A DNA stretch of 50,832 bases, counting the filler, from Jimgerdemannia flammicorona (lineage: Eukaryota), in the NCBI GenBank assembly GCA_003990765.1. It is 2 parts of 2 records of this genome, joined end to end, with 100 filler letters (N's around TTAATTAATTAA, not from the genome) between each part and the next. Parts side by side here need not be neighbours in the genome. Positions count along the whole stretch, not along the records: positions 1 to 25,373 come from RBNJ01000840.1; 1 more part is not named here. One strand, 5' to 3'. This document shows, in pieces, positions 14,487-25,473 of the stretch. Each line of letters opens with the position of its first letter. Within the stretch, counting starts at the first letter, position 1. The notes beneath the pieces are model-generated. The model was given only the letters and a program-made list of their open reading frames with translations. It was not told the origin of the DNA and did not search any database. The position numbers and the translations under genes were made by a program.

Positions 14487-14521
<35 letters not shown>
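8661..14521 (+). mobile_element. Full-length degenerate L1/Tx1-like LINE (family A, copy 1)
   Basis: ORF1 from ATG 8741 (..IKGVPIV..IAKYGEVIDIGF..). ORF2 from ~10775 has an APE endonuclease (IFSLxVNxL, GNFN, RID, SDH) and RT (xPGEDxL, LLYKNK, FLDQEKxYD, GDxLSxILY, FVDN from FADD, YLG). Poly(A) at 14491-14521; degenerate ~19-bp TSD at 8642-8660 / 14526-14544. Many TAA/TAG/TGA stops arise from transitions. Confidence 0.92.
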
Positions 14522-14525
<4 letters not shown>

Positions 14526-15039
14526 TATATCTCAGATATAGCCAGAAATACTAAAAACTGTAAAAAAGTATAGAAAGTATCAATCTGATACTGATAAAGA
14601 GACAACTCATCACTATTGCCTCTCTCTCACTATACTCTTATAGGTATAGCAAATCAACCTGAGATAGAGAAGATAGAATAAGGGGAAAGGGACTTGGAAG
14701 ATTGTCTATCAATCTTGTAACTAGTATGGTAGTGGATAAAGAACTATTAAAGCCCATTACTCTATCAATTGTAGAATTACTAAATAGAAAATTGGATTAA
14801 TTAGCTCTTTACTTGAGAGTCCATACTGAGTTCCACATAGTTATAGTGGGGATACTTGGAACTCTGCATAATGTCCCTGAGACTATGCTGCATAGTATCA
14901 CTAAGTCTCTTGGTTCCTATTTTGCATCACTTAGTAATATACTTATACCATATGGTACCAGACTCTTGAGTATCCCATAATGAATCATAGGTTATACTTA
15001 TGGTATAAAAAGAGTAGAGTTGGATGATTGGTAATATCT

Positions 15040-18000
15040 TCTTTCTGATATATCTCATATTATATAAATACATATTACCTACTTTTATACCATTCTTTAG
15101 AGAATTGTCTTAAGACTATGTCCTTAATTCAGAGTTTTACAGAGTGTACTAGGCAGAATAGCCTTAGTGTATTCAGCTGACAGTATGTGGAGGGGGGTCA
15201 GGGAGCAGGATTGGGAATGCTGAGCACTTTGTTGAGAGAAAGAAGAGTTGGCAGTGGTAGAGGAGGAGATATGGTGTGGTCAGGGAGGAATCAGATGAGC
15301 TTTGCTGAGAAGGTCAAGTAGAGAAATCTGGCAGCTAGACTGGATAGGTGGCTGTAGGGTGGCAAGGAGAAGGCTACTACTAGAGGGCTGAGAGGGGCTC
15401 TCTTGGAGGTACCTAGTGGAAGAGCTAGTAGTATAGTGGCTGGAGGTATAACTGCTGATGGGGTGGTGACTGGTGATCTGGAAAAAAATCCAGATATAAC
15501 TACTAATAGTAGAGTTAGAAAGATGGGGCTGGGAAGGATGAGAGACCTGGCAGATAGTGTAATGGGTCTGGTGGTGGCCCTATTACTCAAGAAGTCAATC
15601 TTGGAGTTTGTAGTTACTTGTGCTTCTGGGGCTTAGCAGTAATGGCAAAAATAGTCTTGGAGCTAATTGTTAAGCAGATAGATGGTATAGTATCTGTGAA
15701 GTTCCTGCAGGGTTTGGAAGGGATAGAGGGGAGGCTGGACCATTGAAGGAAGTACTGAAGACTGGGCTAACTATTGGAGAGGTATGTGTCCCAATGATAC
15801 AATACTTGAGGTGGGACCCCAGAGTAGTATAACTTCTGATGAAAGAAGTACCTATAGTGACTACTATAGAGATGAGAAGAAGAGTTGAGAAGGTCATAGC
15901 CAAGTATGAGGAGGTGGTTGATATTGGGTTTCAGGTCTGAGAAGGTATCTCTTTTAGAACAGAGGATATTGATGTCCAGATTTGATTGGCTGAGAGGGAG
16001 GCTACCAGGAAGACTCATGATTAGCTATTGGTAATAGTGTAGAGGGCCTTCATATATAAGGTAATAAGGGTAAAGAGGAGTGAGAAGGAGGAGGAGAATT
16101 TATTAGAGATACTGAAGGAGTTGAGTAGTATAGTAGAGCAGAGAGTGAAGACTTGGAAGATGTTTGTAGAATCAACATATCTAGAAGAAGTGGATGGGAA
16201 GTGAGTCTATATGAATAAGAGACTATGGAAGAGGTCCTAAGGATATAAGAAGCAGAGAGAGCTACTGGTGAAACTGGAGAGGAAGGTGAAGAGAGATGCT
16301 GGTGGTATTGAGGATACTGAGGGAGCCAAAGTGAGTATTTGGGCCAGTAAAGATGGGGGGAATATAGAGAAGAATCCAGAAGAGACTGGGAAGATACCTA
16401 GTAAAGACCTATATGTAGATGGTATATTTGAAGTCTGGGAGAATACTCCTCCTCTTATTAGAAGGAGTCCAGTCTCAAGAGTCTAGATAGCAGAGAATGT
16501 GTTTATATGAGGTGCCCAGCAAGTACACTTTGAAGTTCCTGAGATGGTAAAATAGAGATAAGTAGTGGTGGCTAGTAAGGATGAGCTGGTAGATGTCTCT
16601 GAGGAGGAGTGAGATGAGACTGTAAGTATAGGGGCCAATACCTCAATGCTGGAAGAGGGGAGACCAGTGACTCCAGATAGAAAGAAGGTGAAAAACCTAC
16701 AGTAGATATATCAGATAATAAATAACTTAATAGCTGAGGAGTTGGGAGACATAAATCTAAGAGTACTAAGTGATGATCAATAGATATGAATATTACATAG
16801 AGATGGAGTAGTAGAGGCCCTGAAGGTGGAGGTACTTATAGTTTTTTTGAAAAAGGAAGAATATAAGATTAATAAGGTGAGGGAGGTGGAGCTGGCAGTT
16901 GTTACTGGGGAGCAGGCTGCTCTCTGGTAGACAGAGAGATATATATTGCAGCTCTAGTAGAAAGCCTACTTAGAGTATTATGAGGACTTTGAGGAAAAGG
17001 AGAATGGAGAGCTAGCTAAACTTCTGGTGGGATTGAAGGCTAAGAGGGTGGAAGAGGAGAAGGTGGCTATTGAATGTAATTCAGACTTAGCATAGGAGGA
17101 GATGAATGTGGAGCTATAGAGAATATACTTGACTTTTAACATTACTTCCTATAAACAATACAACCAATATTTTTTCTTTAAATATGAATGGGCTATAGGG
17201 ATCAGTTCAACATCAGAATATTTTTACTTGGCTGAAGAGATTAGAGACTGATCTTTTTCTTTTGCTATGAAGATGACTTGGATAGACTAGATTGAATAAA
17301 GGAATGGAGAGGTATAGCAGTTTAGAGGAATAAGGTTGGGATTTTGGCCTAGAGAGGTAAAGAGAAGATATGAGATATAAGAAGCTGGGGTGACTGACTA
17401 GTTTGGGGTAAGTGGAGTCAACCAGATTGGGAGCTAGTGACAGTGAATTTCTACTACTATCTTGCTATATAGAGTGAGTAAGTAGAGTGAGTAAAGAGAC
17501 TCTGGAAGAGTGGAGCCCTTATAGAGGCTAGAGTGGACATTTTTGAAGAGGACTTTAATATAATCAAGGATATGCTAGTAGATAGGACTAACAGAGAGTG
17601 GGAGACTAGAGGTTAGAGCAGAAGTCTGGAGATATGAGAGGAAGTAGAAAAGCTGAGTTCTCTAGTAGATACTAGTAGGGGGCTCTGGAGAGATAAGAGG
17701 GTTTACATACACTGAGTGAATAATCTGGAGATATAGATTGACTGGGTACTGATGATAGACTGCTGAAGTTTGGATGTTTGGAAGTTGCTGGAGGCTGAGT
17801 GGTGTTTATGATCTGATTATTGAGAACTATTGAGACAGGGTCATTTCAGGAAAAGCAAGAATAGGCCTAGATATTGGTACCTTAACTTCTCTCTACTAGT
17901 GAAGGGAGAGCTGTGAGACAGATGAGCTATAGATATTCAGTAGAAGATTGGCAGTTGGATTAGTGAGAGCCTTCCTATAGATACTTGTTGGGGACAATTG

Positions 18001-20886
18001 AAGGAGAATGCTAGAGTTTACTAAGGGGAGGCTGGTTAGGTAGAGAGAAGATGAAGGAGGGAGAGGGTACATTGGGCCTCTAGCAGACTTGCTCAGCTGT
18101 AAGATACTTGGGCTAAATTATTGAGCTCAGAAGAGATTGAGAGTTGGAGGTTGATGCATGCCAAACTGGAGATAGTAGAGCTATAAACTGTCTTGCAGGA
18201 AGAAGAGAAGCTGTGTATGAGGGGGATGGCTATTTGGTTGAGATAGCAGGGATTGGAAGAGAAAGAGAGGCTCTCTTAGTATCTTTCTCAGCTACTTCAA
18301 GCCAGATGAGCAAAGCAGAGGTGGGATGGTATAGTTGATTCAGTGGATATAGTTGTTCATAGTATCTAGCAGATCCTTAACTCTCTTAAGAAATATTAGA
18401 GTAATTTATGAAGTGAGAAGGTTGGGGGTACCAGTGCTGAGAATATTGAGCTTACTCTAGATAACTAGAGTCCTCTCTCAGTGAATAGTATTGAGCAGCT
18501 ATCCTGGCCAGTTCAGGAGAAGGAGATTTAGCAGGTCATTTCTACTATAAAGTTAGATATGGCTCTAGGTAAGAATGGGCTCTCTTGGGATTTCTGAAAG
18601 TGAATGGTAGAAGTCTCTGGAGTTCTTAAAGAAATAGTGGTACTGTGTGATCATATTCTCTTAATAGAGAGGTGGGTTGGTAAGCAGGATTTTGACTTGG
18701 TGACCTTACTCTATAAGAATAAGAGTGATAGAGAGGATTGGAGGAACTGAAGGTTGATAATGCTCCTGGATATAGATAGGAAGTTGGTTATTAAGATGAT
18801 AGTAGTATATCTACAGCAGATGGCCCAACAGATACTAGGTGAGAAATAGTATAACTTTATTGAGAGATATTTTATTTGAGATAGTACTGTATGAGTGTAT
18901 GATATCATTAAAGGGGTACAGACAAGTAGTCTGAATGAGAGGCTAGTTTTTTTAGATCAAGAAAAGATCTATAATTAAGTGAGGTATGTCTGACTGGGTA
19001 AGGTGTTTGACAGGATTGGGGTCCCATAACAATTCTGGATCTCAATAGTTAGCTTACTAGAAGAGAGTAAGAAAGCTATCTTATATAATAGTCATAGGGG
19101 TGTGATATTTTCCCTAGGAAGAGGGGTCACTCAAGAAGATTCATTATCACCCATCCTCTATACTCTCTTGTTGGAATACCTAATAGATAAGATAAGACAG
19201 AGGGTGGTAAGATTGTCTATATTCAGAGTTGTTTGAAAGATGGGTGTCTTTGCTGATAACATGGTGGTGGGACTAGACTTGGTGGCTGATATGGTAGTAT
19301 TGAGAGAGATAGTAGAGTGATATGAGACATATTTGGGTATAAGGCTAAATTGGTATAAGTATGAGACAATAGTACTTGAGAATAGGGTGGTAGAAGAGAA
19401 TATTATTGGAATAATTGTCCTGGCTGATGAGACTGTGTAGTATCTTGGAGTTTATCTATTAGTATATAGATCTGTTCTAACCAGAGCCTAGTAGGAGAGT
19501 AGGGTCTCAAGTTAGGGTGAGGCACTTTGGAGCTAAGAAGGGCACCACATCTTCCTGGCTAGCAGAGTAGCAATTCTGAATATCTATTAGCTATCAAATA
19601 TTTGGTACTTGGTCTACCATCTAGATTTCCCTTCTTGTGTAGTAAGATGGCTATTGAAGATAGTGAAGGATTTAATCTGAGTAGAGCATCAAAGTCAAAT
19701 TGGCTAGAGTACTTTTTTACTACTAGTAAACTATAACAGTCTTAGTCTAGTAGATTTCCTAAGAAAGCTTCATTGTTTGAGGACCTGGTGGCTGAGAAGA
19801 GTGGTAGAACTATAAGGGAATAGCCAAATTTCTTTAATGCAGAAGATGTGAGAGATGAGAATTTCTCCAAGGAGTTCTATGAGAGATCTTCTATCACTGG
19901 TAAGTCTACAGAATAGTGAGAGACTGTACTTTAAAGAATTCTAATAAGAGATTGCTGTGGAAGTATATCACATTGGGCTACAGTGGTAGAGTGATAAGGA
20001 GGAGGTACATTGGGGGCTGGCAATGTGATACTAAGATAGACTCTTGCTTGGGGGCTTCTCTCTTGTTGAATTTGATATTAGAGATAGGGTTAAGTATCAG
20101 AGGGAGATGGGGTTGGACATATGACTGATGGGTTGACAGAGTATTAGTATTAGTGAGAAGTAGAACTGAGATAGAGTCTGGTCCTGGAGTACAGAGGTCA
20201 AGCAGTAGCTTTCCCTAAGTTCTGAATAGTATAGTAGTATATGCTAAGGAGGAATATTATACTGAACTTCTGCTCTAGATATTTGATTGAGAGTAAAGAA
20301 TTTGAGCATGAGGAGTGCCTTAATGTAGAGCAAGAAAGGGGTTTTATATAGTTGTCTAAATATTGGTTAGAGGAGTGTGAGGTACTTGATAGTTTCTAAA
20401 TTATAGTAGGAGAGTACCTGGGGGTCCATAGAAGGGGGGATACAGTGAGGGGCCATTGGGAGGATTTGAAGGAACATCTCATAGGGAGAGTAAAAAATGA
20501 GTAGATTATGTATAGCTGGGTCTTGGTAATTTGGGTGGGGCTGGTTGGACATTGGCACTTTGTATTTGAGGGCAGACAGTGATTGAGCTTTGCAGAGAGA
20601 TTGTTAAGGTGGGATAGGCTGATGGAGGATCTCTTGATTGGCTGGTGGGTGGGTTGGGGGCCTCAGGGTGGCTGTCACTGCTGGCTTATTGAGAGGATCT
20701 GCATGCAGAGCAGGAGTCAAATGGAGGTGATTGAGGGCTGAGTGGTCTTCAAACAAGTAGGAGTGGATGGGTTCCTCTCAGAGGGATTGGGTAGTGGGTT
20801 AGGTCAGATATTGTAATTATATAACATAGAATGTAGTAATAAAGCATGGAGTCCAAGTGACTATAAAAAAAAAAAAAAAAAAAAAA
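15040..20886 (+). mobile_element. Full-length degenerate L1/Tx1-like LINE (family A, copy 2)
   Basis: Collinear with 8661-14521 over ~5.8 kb. RT core FADN at ~19250, QEDSLSPILY at ~19130; poly(A) at 20865-20886. Confidence 0.92.
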
Positions 20887-21863
20887 GGGGGTAGGACGAT
20901 TGGGGTTACAAGATTGACGTCATCACTCTCTGCATTTCTCTCTCTGCAGCCTCAAAAATCTGCTCGGGCACTTCCACCAGTCCTTCCACCTCTCTGATGA
21001 CCCTCCGAATTGCATGATAAATGTGATACTACATAAGTCGATTGTTTTATTCATTTGAAGGTAACATGGAGAGAGTGGTGGAGTGCGATTAGAGGCACCA
21101 GGTTGCAGGCTCCTGTTCCAGGTTTTGAAGCAAAGCAGGAACTAGTTCCATATATTGTACATCTTGTCGTGTCGGAGGGTCTGTCTGGTCGGGGACAACG
21201 GAGAACTACGGTATTACCGTTTCATATATTACTAATAAAAAAATAATGGGTGTAATGTCTGCCGCCGATATCGAGTCTATCTTGGCTAAATATCGAAACG
21301 TGATCCCGAAGGTCATGTTAAATGACTTTATGGAATTGAGCAGAATGCACGGGATTTTTGGCATCTTGTTCATGGAGTATCATATATGGAACCAATGGAG
21401 AATAAGAAAGAAATGATGCAGGCGCTCATCAAACGGCACCCGTAGAAGCAGAAGTTGTAAATTGTAGTTGCATGCACTTTTGAATGAAAATATCCCGTTT
21501 GCCGTGACAATTTACTCGACTACGAACTCGTGGTAAGCTCCTTAACGTCTGCGACTGATATATCATCACTTCAAACATCCCGTGAACGGCATCCTGCCTT
21601 TCCGCCATCCCGAAGACGCGTGCGACAACACCGCCAGCACAACCTTGCAATGCCGTTGCCAACCATAACACGCTTTGCCCAAAACTAGAGTCCTTTGACA
21701 TTGTAGAATGATATTCAACACCAACTGGGGTAAAGCAGAAAAATGCGCCTGATCGCAACCATCCTACGAAAAAGAGAAAAAAAATCAACTCTTTCATTGC
21801 CAATCCTACGTAGCCACATATAGTTGCGGATAATATACATTTTCATTTCCACGCCCAGTACCT

Positions 21864-22093
21864 CCAGGTGCTTTTTCCAGCTCAGTCGCAAGTTTAAGTT
21901 TCAATACAACCGACTTCGTGAGGCATGACTTTCGGATTGGCCATTTCATTGACGCAGGTGAGCGTGATGGTGGAATTAGCACCTCCAGGAGATTTTTCCA
22001 GCTGAGCCGCAAGTTTAAGTTCCAATTCAACCGACATGGCTTTCGGGATTGGCCATTTGATTGTCGCGGGTGAGCGTGATGGTGGGATCTCAA
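21864..22093 (-). repeat. Two-copy ~115-bp tandem duplication inside a possible decayed minus-strand gene (~21430-22760)
   Basis: ccagg..tttttccagct..gcaagtttaagtt...gattggccattt...gtgagcgtgatggtgg occurs twice. The minus strand encodes IPPSRSPAxxKWPI...LKLAxxLEKxPGG twice, with frameshifts. Confidence 0.7.
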
Positions 22094-23180
22094 TGTCATG
22101 GGTACCCGACGCTGTTGGCGCCATATCGGAACGTCATATCTGTTCTGAACACTCTCCGTGGTCAAAGTTTCCCTCCCTTTTTTTCCTCGCCACCCTCGGG
22201 TGATTTGTTAGGGTTCCCGGTTAGGATAGGCCAAACTCTCTTCTACGCCCATCGTGATGAGATGTGTGACGGAGAATCGCATCTGCAGCATTAAGCTGGA
22301 TGTTTACCGTCGTCATCAAAATACATTAATATGAACTTTGAATTCCAGCACAAACAAGGCTACGAGCATTTCATAAAAGGAAGATTGGAATAAATAAACA
22401 CATGCTGTTGGGATGTTTGGTGAAGGTTGTGAAGCAGAGGTTGGTCTTGGGGACATCTGCTTCCGTTTTTCTTGGGGCAACTTTGGTTGTAAGTGGTCAG
22501 AGGGTTTCTGTCAGTTGTAAAGATTCCATTTCCAACAAGTTGATTTGTTTATGTTGTCTCCATATCAAATCAGGCGGATGATCGGTCAAAGATGCCTCAA
22601 ACTCCCATTCACTGATATCGACTACACCGTTAGAAAAACGCTCAGAGGTATGATAAAGAGTCAAAGACGAAGGCGTCTTAATTATCTTGTTCGGGAATGG
22701 AGAAAATAATTTCAACGTTCGGTACTCAATGTCGCTCAACCTGGAAATGGTTATGAACGGCGCGTTTTGATGTCGCCTCCAGTGAAAAACGGGCACAACC
22801 AGCCAGCGGACATAAGCACCATACACACCCAATGGCCATAGCATAAGGAACCCCGCAAAGCCACCGGCTGAGTTGGTGACGTGAAAGTGTGACCATTGAA
22901 GGAAAACCGACTTCCTGCTCAGCGCGTGTCCTTTGCTTACGTCCTCTCCTACTTCATTCTCGCGGCCCCACATTTCTGCATTCGGCACCGCCAAACAGGC
23001 AGCTGAACCGACCCACCATCCCACCATCCCACCGTCCCCGTCTCGTCTCTAACCCCGTGGGCGCGTCGGTGGCGAATCTCCAAATTCAAAAATCACAAAC
23101 CACCTGAGGTATCGCAGATCGCATATCCGCCCTTCGCTCCTCCCCGCTCTACACACCGCATAATCCGCATCCAATCTACA

Positions 23181-24059
23181 ATGTTCACGACTACCTATCC
23201 GCACGAGCCCCGCTACTCCGCCGCCCTCGCCGCCGCAGCTCCATCGGCGCCCCCCTCCACTGCCTCAAGGAAGCGCATATGGAGCCACAGCTTTGGTAAC
23301 GGCGGCAGTGGGATTACGGCGGTGCTGGAGGTCGAGAAAGCCGAGCCGGCACAGGTGCGTTGGTAGGGCGTGTCATCTTGTGTTCAGCGCGCTGTAAAAA
23401 CTTCCATCTCTTACTCCCTGGAATCTATCCCCAACAGAAACGCCACACCTCCGTGGACCGCGAATTCAACGTCCGACATCCCTCTCCACCTGCACAGAGT
23501 CCGCTCTCCGTCGCGTCCGTCATGCATGTCGTGCCTGTCACGCCGCCTGCGTCCTCGCCTATGCAAAGGGGAGATTCGGGCGTCGGAAGTATGATGCAGG
23601 GGAGGTTTGAGGACGAAACTGATGCCGCGTTGGAGAGGAGGATGTCGGATGTGTCCATGGATGATGTGACTATGGGCGATGCAGTTGAGGTGGGTTTTGG
23701 ATTCTCGAAGGTTGAGGGGGGGGGGGGGATGATTGGTCTTGGTGTGCATTTTGATTGGGAGGTGCATGGTAATGGATTGGACGTTGCCTTTATTGCAGCC
23801 GAATCATTCATTTTCTCATACTTCCATACATTCTCATTATTCTTTCCACTCTGACTAGCATCCACTTTTTCGGACCCCATCCTCGTACATCACCCGTCAA
23901 CCGGCCACCCCTCCCCGTTCACAGACCACCGTGCAAGCCGCTTCCCAGCAACAGCAATTACCGAGTACTAGCATCTCCATGGGTTGGCGCGCCGATTGCG
24001 AAAAGTGCCGTTTGAAGGTGCCGGGGCACTATGTGCACATCATTCGCGGGGAGAAATGA
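23181..24059 (+). CDS. Conserved fungal low-complexity protein with C-terminal MGWRADCEKCRxKVPGHYxH putative Zn-binding motif (3 exons)
   Basis: Exons 23181-23354, 23438-23689 and 23859-24059 join in frame with GT-AG introns; the protein ends SISMGWRADCEKCRLKVPGHYVHIIRGEK*. Confidence 0.82.
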
Positions 24060-24186
24060 GGTGGAGACGGTGTGTGTGTGTGGTGGTTTGGTTGATTTGG
24101 AGGTGGGGTTGCGCGCGAGATGATGAATAATGGAGTGGTGGCAATCTTTTGGTGATTCATTTGACATGTTGAGTCGATTTTATTTT

Positions 24187-24271
24187 TCTGTTGTCATGTT
24201 TCTGTGTTGTAAAACCGAAAAATTATTTTTCTCTGTTGTCATGTTTCTGCATGTTGTAAAACCGAAAAATT
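24187..24271. repeat. Two-copy ~44-bp tandem duplication downstream of the gene
   Basis: tctgttgtcatgtttctg(c)..tgttgtaaaaccgaaaaatt appears twice. Confidence 0.8.
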
Positions 24272-24476
24272 TGTAAATAGTTTTCTGCCATATTCTAGAC
24301 CCTTGCTACATCTTCTCTTTAACATAAAAAGACGTGCGTTGAAAAGCAATTTGATGATCACCATCACATGACCGTAATCCATAAATAGAAAATGCGAGAA
24401 ATCCACCAACTCACTCCATACCACAAAGCCCAGAACTCCCCTTCCCACTCCCTTCCCCTCCCCGTAAACCCCAAAA

Positions 24477-25299
24477 ATGCAATCATCGGGCCCGCCAGGT
24501 ACAGTCCCTTCCCCTCGCACCCCACCAGGATCTACCTCATTAAATTGATACGAACGGAACCAACTACGAATTCTTCACGAAAGGCTTCTACAACGCCCCT
24601 GTCTCCAAGTTCCTGCTCCTCTCCGTCGGCGGCTGCTCGCTTCTCGCCAACGTCCTAACCGTCAAGACGGCATTCCATTTGCAGCTTACCCCGCACTTGA
24701 CGACGCATCACCAGGTATGAGTGGATGGAGTAGGGGGAGACGGAATTGGTTGCCTGTCGCTGAAGCTTGACTGGAATGCCGAGACCGATTGGGTGCCCAA
24801 CTGTTGGCATCGTGGCTTGGGAACGCGGAACCACGGTTTCATATGACACACTTCTTCCTGCCTTCATTCCAAAGTTGTATTCTTACCATGACCCCACACG
24901 CCCTTCACGTACCGCGCACCTCCCTTCACGCCTTACCCCTTACCTCACCGTTAGTTCTGGCGCCTGCTCACACATCACTGCGCCTTTGCCAACTCGTCCG
25001 AGCTCTTCTTTGGCGGGATGGTGCTCTACCACCTGCGCGTCATCGAGCGGCATTTCGGTAGCTCTAAGTATGCGGTAAGAATATACGGATCGGCGGGTGG
25101 GGAGATGAAGGGGGAGGGGAACGTTTTCATGCACGACTCCATTTACGACTGGCGCCACGGTTACGCATCATCAAACGTACCGTACCCATGTATATACGCA
25201 GGCCTTCCTATTCGTCTCCTCCGTCATCTCAACCCTCCTCGAGGTCGGCGCCCTCGTCTCGGGCGGGCCGTTCGGGCTAAGATACATCCCAGCGGGGCC
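24477..25299 (+). CDS. DSC2: DSC2/UBAC2-like rhomboid-pseudoprotease membrane protein, 3' truncated by the assembly gap
   Basis: Spliced MQSSGPP|GFYNAPVSKFLL..HLQLTPHLTTHHQ|FWRLLTHHCAFANSSELFFGGMVLYHLRVIERHFGSSKYA|AFLFVS..YIPAGP. The GFxNAPVSK, QxWRL and RxxERxxGSxKY motifs are typical of Dsc2/UBAC2. Confidence 0.88.
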
Positions 25300-25305
25300 G
25301 TAAGT

Positions 25306-25341
25306 GTCTCGTCTCGTCTCGTCTCGTCTCGTCTCGTCTCG
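25306..25341. repeat. (GTCTC)n microsatellite in an intron next to the contig end
   Basis: About 7 perfect gtctc units. Confidence 0.9.
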
Positions 25342-25373
25342 CCTTTCCCTTCGCAATCGTTCACCTGTTCTAA

Positions 25374-25473
25374 NNNNNNNNNNNNNNNNNNNNNNNNNNN
25401 NNNNNNNNNNNNNNNNNTTAATTAATTAANNNNNNNNNNNNNNNNNNNNNNNNNNNNNNNNNNNNNNNNNNNN
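25374..25473. other. Artificial scaffold/contig linker (44 N + TTAATTAATTAA + 44 N)
   Basis: Exactly 100 bp and symmetric, with a six-frame stop core at 25418-25429. Confidence 0.95.

Larger units (their letters stand above)
7504..14746 (-). mobile_element. Non-autonomous ~1.2-kb poly(A) retroposon (family B, copy 1), split by a hAT MITE and LINE A1
   Basis: Poly-T at 7504-7513. Segments 7504-7635, 7801-8660 and 14545-14746 are collinear with copies at 29512-30724 and 43634-44803. Degenerate TSD ttaaaactcatta (7491-7503) / ttaaagcccatta (14747-14759). Confidence 0.8.

Noticed and set aside
25418..25429. TTAATTAATTAA palindrome as a biological site
   Set aside because: Centred in a symmetric 100-bp N linker, so it is an assembly artefact.
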